This document shows, piece after piece, positions 39,448-48,320 of a stretch of 64,000 nucleotides of DNA. The translations under genes and the position numbers were made by a program. This stretch comes from an uncultured beta proteobacterium (GTDB taxonomy: Bacteria > Pseudomonadota > Gammaproteobacteria > Burkholderiales > SG8-39). Where the stretch lies: assembly GCA_963735025.1 (NCBI GenBank), contig CAVTJG010000009.1, positions 744,122 to 808,121 of the forward strand, in the 5' to 3' direction. Numbering within the stretch: the first letter of the stretch is position 1; the number at the start of each line of letters is the position of its first letter. The notes under the pieces are model-generated. The model made no database searches. It was not told the DNA's origin and worked only from the letters and a program-made list of their open reading frames with translations.

Positions 39448-40544
39448 ATGCCCGACAAACCCCCGTTCCGGGCCGACCATGTCGGCAGCCTGTTGCGCCC
39501 TCCCGCATTGCAGGAGGCGCGCGCCCAGGCGAAAGCGGGCAAGCTGCCACCCGCCGAGCTGCGATCCGTCGAAGACAGTGCGATCCGCGAAGCCGTCGCG
39601 AAACAGGAGGCGATCGGCCTACAGGGCATCACCGACGGAGAGTTCCGCCGCGACTACTGGCACCTCGATTTCGTGAAGCAGTTCGAAGGCGTCACCCTCG
39701 CGAAAGTCGAGGGGATGACGTTCCAGGCGGAGGACGTGCCGCCGATGGCGAGCGTCACCGGCAAGGTGCGTTGCACGGCGCCGATCATGATCGAGGATTT
39801 CACGTTCCTGAAATCGGTCGTGAAAAAGACCCCGAAACTCTGCATCCCGGCGCCGGCGACGCTGCACTTCCGGGGCGGGCGGAACGCCATCTCGCGCGAA
39901 GCGTATCCCGATCTCGCGGAATTTTGGGTCGACGCGGCGAATGCGTACCGCGATGCAATCGGCCACATCGCAGCGGCGGGCTGCAACTATCTGCAGCTCG
40001 ACGATGTGAGCTTCTCCTACCTCTGCGACGACAAGGTGCGCGAGAACTTCCGGGCGCACGGCGACGACCCCGCGACGCTGCACCACGCATATGCCCAGGC
40101 CATCAACGGCGCCCTCGCCAGGCGGCCGGCCGGCATGGCGGTCACCATGCACACCTGCCGGGGCAACTTCCGCAGCACCTGGTTTGCGGCGGGCGGCTAC
40201 CAGGACGAAGTCATCGAGGCGATGTTCTCGACGAACGTGGACGGGTATTTCATGGAATACGACACCGACCGCGCCGGGACTTTCGCGCCACTTCGGTTGC
40301 TACCCAAGGGCAAGAAGGTCGTGCTCGGCCTCGTCACCTCCAAGTCCGGCACCCTGGAAAGTAAAGACGACATCAAGCGGCGCATCGACGAGGCGGCGAA
40401 GTTCGTTCCCCTGGAGAACCTGTGCCTTTCCCCCAGTGCGGCTTCGCAAGCACGCACCACGGAAACAAGCTCACGACGGACGAGCAGTGGCACAAGCTCG
40501 AGCGCATCGTCGAGGTGTCGCGCGAGGTGTGGGGAACGAACTAG
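39448..40544 (+). CDS. cobalamin-independent methionine synthase (MetE C-terminal-like) family protein with a C-terminal frameshift at a C5 run
   Basis: Start at ATG 39448 (SD GGAAGGAGAG). The protein begins with a family-typical FRADHVGSLLRP. After LENLCLSP the family-typical tail QCGFASTHHGNKLTTDEQWHKLERIVEVSREVWGTN* is readable only in the +1 frame, ending at TAG 40542-40544. The break is at ccccc, 40430-40434. Confidence 0.8.
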
Positions 40545-40548
40545 GAGT

Positions 40549-40575
40549 CTGGATCCCCGCTTGCGCGGGGATGAC
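40549..40575. repeat. single REP-like palindromic element
   Basis: ctggatccccgcttgcgcggggatgac, the same family as 3428, 4831 and 9329. Confidence 0.7.
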
Positions 40576-40580
40576 GTTTC

Positions 40581-41888
40581 CTAGATGAACTTCAGCGCCC
40601 TCGGCAGCCAGAGGGCAAGCGCGGGGAAGAGCAGGAGCAGAAAGACCAGCGCGAAATCCGCGGCGAGAAACGGACCGATGCCCCTGAACATCGTGCCGAG
40701 CGGAACGTCGGGCAGCTGTGCGCGCAGCACGAATATGTTCAGCCCGACCGGGGGCGTGATGAGCCCCATCTCGACCACCACGACCACGAGCATCCCGAAC
40801 CAGACCGGGTCGTAGCCGAGCGTCTGCACGAGCGGCAGGAACACCGGCACTGTCACCACGATCATGCTGAGCGAGTCGAGGAAGCATCCCAGCACGATGT
40901 ACACCATCACGAGGATCAGGATGACGGCCCAGGGCGCCACATCCAGTCCTTTCACCCAGGTCGCGACGCTCACCGGCAGCTGCGTGAGCACCATGAAATA
41001 GCCGAACAGGAACGCGGCCAGCGCGATGAAGAAAAGCGTACCCGTGGTCCACACCGTTTCTGTCAACGCGGCGCCCAGTTCCCGCCACCCGAAGTCGCAG
41101 GTCACGAACGCAATGACGATTGCCGCGAAAGCGCTCACTGCGGCGGCCTCCGTGGGGCTCATGATGCCCGCGTAGATCCCGCCCACCGCGATCGTGAAAA
41201 GCAGCGCCATCTTCCACAGGCTGCGAAGCGCGCGGAGCCGCTCGCTGAGGGGCAAGCCGGGTTCTTTCGGCACGCGCGCGGGCTGCAGGCGCGCGATGAT
41301 CGCGATGGCGACGATGTGCAGCAGCGTGAGCGCGATGCCGGGGAAGAGCGCCGCGGCATACATCTCCGGCACGCTGCGCTCGGAGAACAGCGCGTAGATG
41401 ATCAGGATGATCGACGGCGGGATGAGGATGCCAAGCGTACCTCCCGATGCGACGACGCCGGTCGCGAGACGCAGATCGTACCCGTGACGCTGCATCTCCG
41501 GCACGGCAACGCGCGCGAACGTCGCCGTGGTGGCCAGCGAGGAGCCGCAGATCGCGCCGAAGCCTGCGCACCCGCCGATCGTGCCCATCGCCAGCGCACC
41601 GCGCAGCCCGCTGAAAAGCGAGTTCGCCGCCTGATAGAGCTCGCGCGCCATGCCCGCGCGCACGGCGACCGCGCCCATGAGCACGAAGAGCGGCACGACG
41701 GTGAGGGTGTACTTCTCCGCCATTTCATAGGGAACGCTGCCGACGGCGATCAGCGCGTGTCGCCATCCGTCCACGGCGGCATAGCCGACGAAGCCGACCA
41801 GACCGAGCGCCACCGCGCACGGGATCCGCGCGAGAACGAGGCCGATGAGCGCCGCCAGCCCGAGAAGGCCGATGAGTTGACCGGACAT
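40581..41888 (-). CDS. dctM: TRAP transporter large permease subunit
   Basis: 435-aa polytopic ORF adjacent to the small permease and the binding-protein genes. Confidence 0.9.
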   Translation of the reverse strand: MSGQLIGLLGLAALIGLVLARIPCAVALGLVGFVGYAAVDGWRHALIAVGSVPYEMAEKYTLTVVPLFVLMGAVAVRAGMARELYQAANSLFSGLRGALAMGTIGGCAGFGAICGSSLATTATFARVAVPEMQRHGYDLRLATGVVASGGTLGILIPPSIILIIYALFSERSVPEMYAAALFPGIALTLLHIVAIAIIARLQPARVPKEPGLPLSERLRALRSLWKMALLFTIAVGGIYAGIMSPTEAAAVSAFAAIVIAFVTCDFGWRELGAALTETVWTTGTLFFIALAAFLFGYFMVLTQLPVSVATWVKGLDVAPWAVILILVMVYIVLGCFLDSLSMIVVTVPVFLPLVQTLGYDPVWFGMLVVVVVEMGLITPPVGLNIFVLRAQLPDVPLGTMFRGIGPFLAADFALVFLLLLFPALALWLPRALKFI

Positions 41889-41894
41889 CGAGAG

Positions 41895-42428
41895 TCAGTC
41901 GACGTCTTGGCGAGGCAGCTCGAGCGCGCGAGCGGCACCGCCGCGCAGCACGCGCCAGGCTACCGCAACGATGGCGATTGCCGAGCAGGCAAAACCCACG
42001 GCGATCGGAATCGCCTGCCACCAGCGCGGTAACTGCAGCGTCATCGTGCCTTCGCCATAGCGGTACTTGTCGAGCGCCGGGGGCACGATCTCGACGAGCG
42101 TCACCGCGATGAAGGCGAGCGAGAGGGCGAGGCCGATCAGGCGCAACGCAAACGTGAGGCGCTCCGAGCGGAGCGAATCGACGAGCCCGATGGTGATGTG
42201 CTCGTCGCGCAGGAACACGCCGGGGAGTGCGACGAAGATGCAGACGGCGAGCGCCATCTCCATCATGTCGACGACGCCGAACACCTCGATCTTGAACAGG
42301 GCGCGCGCGAGCACGGCGGTCGTCGTAAGCAGCATCATGAAGACAAGTGCGGCGACGGCTACCCAGCCGAACGGCCGGGCAGCCATCTCGAGGCGCGCGC
42401 GCAATCGATCCGATCGATCGCCGGGCAC
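41895..42428 (-). CDS. dctQ: TRAP transporter small permease subunit
   Basis: 177-aa ORF with four TM segments between the dctP and dctM homologues. Confidence 0.85.
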   Translation of the reverse strand: MPGDRSDRLRARLEMAARPFGWVAVAALVFMMLLTTTAVLARALFKIEVFGVVDMMEMALAVCIFVALPGVFLRDEHITIGLVDSLRSERLTFALRLIGLALSLAFIAVTLVEIVPPALDKYRYGEGTMTLQLPRWWQAIPIAVGFACSAIAIVAVAWRVLRGGAARALELPRQDVD

Positions 42429-42432
42429 GCGA

Positions 42433-43492
42433 CTACTTCCAGAAGGACTTGGATGTCTTATCGGCCTTCGCCGCGCCTTCCTGCATCAGCTTGTAGACAT
42501 TTCCTTGCCGGCAACCCCTTGCCTTCGAGGTCGGCGAGGACGCGCTCGGTGACCGCAGCGCCCGCCGCGCGGAATTTCGCATTCTCCTCGGGGGTCAGGG
42601 TGATGATCTGCGTGCCCGCCTTGATCATTGCATTCTTGCCCGGCGTGTCGATGCTGTCGAAGCGCCGGCCGGCTTCCGCTCCGCCACCCAGCTCTTCCAG
42701 CGCGTCAGTCAGGATCTTCTGGGAGGCCGGACCCAGGGCTTCCCAGGAGCGCTGGTTGATGACGGTGCCGAAGCTCACCACGTAGGCATACAGTTCGGTC
42801 GTGTACTTCGTGACCGGGCCCATGCGGAACGCAATGCCCGCGCCGCCGTAGTCGATGAACGCACCATCGAGCGTGCCCTTCTGCATGTTCTCGACGATCT
42901 CGGGCGACGGAATTCCGACCGGAGTGCCGCCGAGCTGGTTGATGAACTCGCGCACGGCAGGCGACGCGAAACGGATTCGCTGACCCTTCAGGTCCTCGAC
43001 CGTATGGATCGGCTTGGAGGCCATGTTCACGTTGCCAGGCTGGTGAGTGTAAAGCTGCAACACGTGCACGCCCACGTGCTCCTTGTCCAGGATGGCGCGG
43101 ATCTCGGGTTCGTTCAGCACCTTGGAGCCGATTTCCCCGCTGCCGAAGAGGTAGGGCATGTTGGAGATGTCGGTGAGTGGAAACCGGCCCGGCGTGAATC
43201 CATGGACGAACCAGCTGATGTCGGCTTGCCCCGTGCGGGCCAGGTCATACATGCGCGGCGCGGGGCCCATCTGGCCGTTGGGGAAGATCGCAATCTTCAG
43301 CTTTCCGTCGGACTTCTTCGCAACCAGGTCGGCCCATTCCTGCAGGTACTTGGAGTAGGGGTGCTGCGGGACGACGAAGTGCGCGAGCTTCAGCTCCACG
43401 GTCTGCGCGCCCGTGGTCGCGGGGACGCCCACGCCGATCAGCGCGGCGAGTGCAACACCCACGGCTGCACGCGGGATGCGGCATTGCATCAT
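42433..43492 (-). CDS. dctP: TRAP transporter substrate-binding protein with a C-terminal frameshift
   Basis: The intact ORF is 42458..43492, with a signal peptide and LKLAHFVVPQHP. After GKGLPA, an alternative frame gives NVYKLMQEGAAKADKTSKSFWK* ending at TAG 42433-42435, 4 nt from the dctQ start. The break is at the T3 (A3 on the coding strand) run, 42500-42502. Confidence 0.85.
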
Positions 43493-43572
43493 GACAATTT
43501 CCTCCTCGGCGTTTTCGTTGGTCTTTGCGATCGGATGGTACTGCCAAATGAATGCAAGTCAAATTGCGACGG

Positions 43573-44731
43573 TCAGCCGTTTCCGTCCTGGCGCCGCATC
43601 GACCCCGCAACGATCTTGAACTCGAACAGCCGGCACTCGAGCGGCCCATTGAAAAGCGGCGTGCGCTTCGACGCCTTCAGCCCGATCAGCTTCGCTAGCC
43701 GCAGGTCCGCGGTGAGGATGTAGCAGCGCCAGCCGGCGAAGCGCGCCTTCAGCGCGTCGCCGAGCTGCGGATAGAACGAGGCAAGCTCTGCGTCCTCGCC
43801 GACGCGCACGCCGTACGGCGGATTCGTCACCAGCACGCCGACCGGCGCGGGCGCGTCCACTTCCAGCACGTCCGCGCGCTGCAGCGAAACGGCTCCGGAC
43901 AGTCCAGTCTGCTCGAGCGCGGACTGCGCGCTGTCGAGAATGCTCGCATCACGATCCGCGCCGAAAATGGCCGGCTTCCGGACGTCGGTTGCGCGCTCGC
44001 TGGCCGCTGCGCGGAGATTGCGCCACAGGTCTCGCATCGAAATCATGCAATCGCTCGAACGCGAACGTGCGCCGGCTTCCGGGCGCGATGCCCAGCGCGA
44101 TCTGTGCCGCTTCGGCGAGGATCGTGCCGCTCCCGCACATCGGATCGAAGAGCGGCTCGTCCGGGCGCCAGCCGGAGAGGGCGATCAGTCCCGCGGCGAG
44201 ATTTTCGCGTAGTGGCGCCTCGCCGGTCGCGCCGCGCAGCCCGCGCTTCCAGAGCGGCTCGCCCGAGGTGTCGAGGTACAGCGTCACGGTACGCTCGTCG
44301 AGAAAAGCGTGAATGCGGACATCGGGTGCGCGCGTGTCCACGTCCGGTCGGCTGCCGGTATCGGCGCGAAAGCGATCGCACACCGCGTCCTTGATGCGCA
44401 GCGTCACGAAGTCGAGGCTCCTGAGCGGGCTGCGGATCGCGCTGACGTCCACGCGGATCGCGCAGCTGACATCGAACCGCTCCGGCCAGCGGACTGCGTG
44501 CGCCGTGTGGTACACGTCCCGCTCGTTGCGATAGGGTGCCTGCGCGACGCGCAGCAGAATGCGCGAAGCGATGCGGCTCTCCAGATTGGCGCGATAGCAC
44601 ACCGCCAGATCGCCGGCAAAGTGAACGCCGCCTCCGACGGTGTGCGTCGCGCGGGCGCCACAGGCGTCGAGCTCGCTTGCAAGTACTGCCTCGAGCCCGC
44701 GCGGGCAAGTGGCGAACATCGCCAGGGTCAT
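43573..44731 (-). pseudogene. THUMP-domain class I SAM-dependent RNA methyltransferase (RlmL N-half-like), frameshifted (or assembly indel)
   Basis: The upstream piece (start ATG 44731) has a THUMP region and motif I (DPMCGSGTILAEAA). The downstream piece (43573..44046) has NPPY motif IV (LVTNPPYGVR). The frames join near 44032 (FAFERLHDFDA|DLWRNLRAAA). Confidence 0.75.
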
Positions 44732-44757
44732 GGTGTCGAGGCCCGCGCGGCGACTGC

Positions 44758-45759
44758 TCAAAGGGCGATGAGCGGTCCGCCCTCGTTCGAGGACCGCGTC
44801 ACCGCGTCGAGGATGCGAACGTTGTCGAGCAACTGCTCGCGAGTGTAGCGATACGCCGATTTGCCCGCAGCGGCCTTCGCCCACATCTCGAGGTTTGCGC
44901 GCACGGTCTGCGCGGCCGGGAAAGATCGCGACGTGCGTTTGCCCGACGCGTCACTCACCACGAGCTCGCTCGGCAGCTCCTTGTCCACGTTGGCGCTCTC
45001 GCGCGCCTCGGCCCAGCCCTGCGAGCCGAAGACCGTGAGCCGACCGTAGTACGGTGTCGCGGCGAGCGACGAGATCGACGCGGTCGTTCCCGACGCGAAA
45101 TCGAGCCAGATCGACAGGTGATCCTGTCCGGTCGCATTCGGGAGAACGCGGACGGTGCGCGCCCGCACCGCTTTCGGTCGCCCGGCAAACGAGATGAAAA
45201 GGTCGGTGAGATGAACGCCCAGCGCCGTCATTCCGGCAGCAGGCGCATCCTTCGCCCCGACGCGCCAGTTCGACGTTTCCACATGCGCAAAGAGATCGTG
45301 GCTGACGTTCGCTTCCATGTGCAGGATCTGACCCAGAGTTCCGGCGGCGATCAGACGAGCGATCTCTTCCATCGCTGGTTCGAAGCGGCGTTCGTGCCCG
45401 ATGCCCAGCACGATTCCGGCCTTGTCGCACGCGGCAAGCATGCGCTCGGCGCTCGCGGTGGTGAGCGTGAGCGGCTTCTCGCAAAAAACCTGCTTGCCGG
45501 CCCGCGCCGCGGCGATCACCAGCGCCTCGTGCGTGCTGTGCGGCGTCACGATGAGCACCGCGTCGACGCCCGCATCGGCCAGCACGTCGTCGAGGGAATT
45601 CCGCAGAATCAGCCCGTGCTCGCGGGCGAACCCCGCGACGGCCTTCTCGTCATGATCGACCGCGTGGGTGATGTGCAAAACGGCGCTTCCGGCGAGCCGT
45701 TGCACGATGTACTTGCCCCACCAGCCCATTCCGACTACCGCAGCGCGCAATCCGCTCAT
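44758..45759 (-). CDS. Gfo/Idh/MocA family oxidoreductase
   Basis: ORF 44758..45795, with the likely start at ATG 45759. It has a Rossmann N-terminus (LRAAVVGMGWWGKYIV) and an EKPL motif. Confidence 0.85.
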   Translation of the reverse strand: MSGLRAAVVGMGWWGKYIVQRLAGSAVLHITHAVDHDEKAVAGFAREHGLILRNSLDDVLADAGVDAVLIVTPHSTHEALVIAAARAGKQVFCEKPLTLTTASAERMLAACDKAGIVLGIGHERRFEPAMEEIARLIAAGTLGQILHMEANVSHDLFAHVETSNWRVGAKDAPAAGMTALGVHLTDLFISFAGRPKAVRARTVRVLPNATGQDHLSIWLDFASGTTASISSLAATPYYGRLTVFGSQGWAEARESANVDKELPSELVVSDASGKRTSRSFPAAQTVRANLEMWAKAAAGKSAYRYTREQLLDNVRILDAVTRSSNEGGPLIAL

Positions 45760-45842
45760 CTTGAATGCCTCCGAATGCGTGGCATGATACGGCACTCACG
45801 CGGCACGCTGCAGGGCCGCGCCGTGAACCTACGGGGAGCAAC

Positions 45843-47039
45843 ATGAGCAATCGCGCAGAAACCATCGCATCCTCGGGATACCCCCTGGCGTTTCAGGCCG
45901 CGCGCGGCGCGCAGCCGAGCGAAGTCCTCGCCGGCGGTACCGGCAACATCACGATGCGCGTCGAGGCGCGTACGCTGACCGGGCATCAGAAGGAACTCCT
46001 CGTGACCGAGGGCGAGGGGGGCGACGTGTGGCGCCTCGTGAGCGACGAGGGACCGAATCTGAAGGGCACCGATCTCGCGCCGTTCCCGCTCGCATTCTTC
46101 AATGCCGCGCTGCATGCCGATTTTCTTCAGCGGGCGCTGGCGCTCGGCCAAGCGCACGGCGTGACGGTCGACGAACTGTCTGCCGCGCTCGACAACTATT
46201 ACACGTTCAGCGGATCGTTCTTCAAAGGGACCGGAAAGGGTACAGCGGATCCCGTTTCGGCGCGGGTCGCTGCGCGATCGTCCGCCGCGCCGGAGCACGT
46301 GACGCGCGTGCTCGACGCCGCGCTGGCCGCCTCGCCGGTCCACGCGGCGTTCGCGACACCGCTCGTCAATGTCTTTGCGCTCTACGTGAACGGCCGCCGC
46401 TGTCCGGTCGTGCGCGTCGCGCCCTCGACCTCCGGCGACGAGGTCGACCCTTTCCTTGCGCACCGCAAGGCACCGGCCCCGCTGGCCGCGACGGAGGGGT
46501 CGGACGCGATCATCACCCGGCTCGACCCCGACCCGAACGACAAGCGTCCAAAGCTCATCGCGCCGGAGGGCTTCGTCCCGATCCTGATTCGCGGCACCAG
46601 CGAGGTCGTGGATCCGGACGGGGTCGTCGCGACAACCGTACTGCCCGCCTCGCCTGGTGCGCGCTTCCGTCTGCTCGCGGATGGGCGCGCCGCGCGCCGT
46701 CGCGCACCCACGCCGCTCGCGCTCGCCGCGGCCGGCGTGGCGTTCTGCTACATGACCCAGCTGAGCAGGTACGTCGAGTATCGCAAGCACAAAGTGCACG
46801 GTATTCGCGTGGTGCAGACGAATCGATTCAGCGTGACGGGCAGCGCGCAGGACTTCTCGTTGCGCGGAGGCGTGGCGCCGTTCGAGACGCACGTCTTTCT
46901 GAACGCCGACGAGCCGGACGAGGTGATGCAGAACCTGCTCGAGATTGCCGAGAACACCTGCTATCTCCACGCTGCGCTCCGGAGCAAGCTCCCCGGTCGC
47001 GTCGAAGTCGCGCTGAACGGCGCTGCGGTGAGCGCGTGA
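45843..47039 (+). CDS. tandem OsmC-like domain protein
   Basis: Start at ATG 45843 (SD GGGGAG). Two OsmC-type modules are present. The N-terminal one (GTDLAPFPLAFFNAALHADF) lacks the cysteines. The C-terminal one retains both (AAGVAFCYMTQL and ENTCYLHAAL). Confidence 0.65.
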   Translation: MSNRAETIASSGYPLAFQAARGAQPSEVLAGGTGNITMRVEARTLTGHQKELLVTEGEGGDVWRLVSDEGPNLKGTDLAPFPLAFFNAALHADFLQRALALGQAHGVTVDELSAALDNYYTFSGSFFKGTGKGTADPVSARVAARSSAAPEHVTRVLDAALAASPVHAAFATPLVNVFALYVNGRRCPVVRVAPSTSGDEVDPFLAHRKAPAPLAATEGSDAIITRLDPDPNDKRPKLIAPEGFVPILIRGTSEVVDPDGVVATTVLPASPGARFRLLADGRAARRRAPTPLALAAAGVAFCYMTQLSRYVEYRKHKVHGIRVVQTNRFSVTGSAQDFSLRGGVAPFETHVFLNADEPDEVMQNLLEIAENTCYLHAALRSKLPGRVEVALNGAAVSA

Positions 47040-47115
47040 ACGTCACGGCGGAGCCGTGCCTGTGAGCACTCGCGTGACACCTTCAGCCTCCCGACAGCGG
47101 ACGCGAAGAGCTCCC

Positions 47116-47727
47116 ATGCAACGCCTGATCGTCGGCATCACCGGTGCGACTGGCGCGATCTTCGGCATCCGCCTGTTGGAAGCGCTGCGCGACGCTTCCG
47201 TCGAATCCCACCTGATCGTGAGCAAGTGGGGGCTACAGACGATCGAGCACGAAACATCCTACACCCTGCAGCAGGTCCGAGAACTCGCGACGGTCTTCCA
47301 CGAGCAGGGCAACATGGGCGCCGCACTGTCGTCGGGATCGTTCCTGACCGACGGTATGGTGATCGCGCCCTGCTCGGTGCGGACGCTTGCGGCGATCGCG
47401 CACGGCATCGGGGACCATCTCGTCCATCGCGCCGCAGACGTGATCCTGAAGGAGCGCCGCAAGCTTGTCCTGCTCGTGCGCGAGACGCCGCTCTCGGAAG
47501 TGCATCTCGAGAACATGCTGAAGCTTGCGCGGATGGGCGTGACGATCATGCCGCCAATGCCGGCGTTCTACAACCAGCCGCGCACGGTCGACGACATGGT
47601 CGATCACATCGTCGCGCGGATGCTCGACCAGTTCGGCATCGGGGCCGATTTCGCCAAGCGCTGGGACGGCGAGATGCACCGCAAGTCGGGCGCACGGCGC
47701 CGGGCCAAACCGGACAAGATCGGCTAG
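47116..47727 (+). CDS. ubiX: flavin prenyltransferase UbiX
   Basis: Start at ATG 47116. The sequence includes RLIVGITGATGAIFGIRLLEAL, MVIAPCSVRTLAAIAHG, LLVRETPLS and MPPMPAFY. Confidence 0.92.
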   Translation: MQRLIVGITGATGAIFGIRLLEALRDASVESHLIVSKWGLQTIEHETSYTLQQVRELATVFHEQGNMGAALSSGSFLTDGMVIAPCSVRTLAAIAHGIGDHLVHRAADVILKERRKLVLLVRETPLSEVHLENMLKLARMGVTIMPPMPAFYNQPRTVDDMVDHIVARMLDQFGIGADFAKRWDGEMHRKSGARRRAKPDKIG

Positions 47728-47778
47728 TCCGGCGGATGCCGGAAATGCGCGGCCGGGAGTGCCCGGCGCGCAATTGGC

Positions 47779-48216
47779 CTACTTCCCGATGGGCATTGTG
47801 TAACAGACCGCGGTGCCGTCCAGGACGACAGTTCCGTCGCCGCGCAGGACGCGGGTCTCGAGCTCGGTGATCGGCTTGTCCGCGCGGACTTTCGTGACCT
47901 TCACCTCGCCGGTGATCGTGTCGCCGGGGCGAACCGGCGCCAGGAATTTCCAGTTGACCTGCATGAACACCGTTCCCGGCCCTGGAAGGTCCTCCGCGAC
48001 CACCGCATTCAGGATCGCGCTCGTCACACCCCCCTGCACGACGATGCCGCCGAATGGTGTGGTGCGTGCCGCGGCTTCATCGTAATGCAGAGGATTGCGA
48101 TCGCCGCTCATTTCGGTGAAGAGCTCGATGTCACGCGCCGTGACTTCGCGCGAGCGGCGTCCAATCTGGCCGATCTCGGGCATCCCGTTCGGCCACGCAT
48201 CGTTCGTTTGAAACAT
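47779..48216 (-). CDS. MaoC-like (R)-hydratase / dehydratase domain protein
   Basis: ORF 47779..48261. ATG 48216 has better SD spacing (GAGGGG). It has the hot-dog fold motif (FTEMSGDRNPLHYDE). Confidence 0.85.
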   Translation of the reverse strand: MFQTNDAWPNGMPEIGQIGRRSREVTARDIELFTEMSGDRNPLHYDEAAARTTPFGGIVVQGGVTSAILNAVVAEDLPGPGTVFMQVNWKFLAPVRPGDTITGEVKVTKVRADKPITELETRVLRGDGTVVLDGTAVCYTMPIGK

Positions 48217-48320
48217 ACGCATCTGCCCCTCATTCGACGGCCAAGCGCGGACACCACGCACCTGCCCGAACGTTGTCTATGCGCGCGGACCGCCGGACTC
48301 TCGAGCCCGCCGCGGCTCTG

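Noticed and set aside
45756-46970. A 404-aa minus-strand ORF opposite the tandem-OsmC gene, plus long alternative-frame ORFs at 4869..5951, 5357..6661, 9389..10507, 9463..10620, 27348..28487 and 48601..50031.
   Set aside because: Each overlaps a gene with clear homology-type motifs in another frame or strand, and each has an Arg/Gly/Ala/Pro-dominated composition. None is supported as coding.
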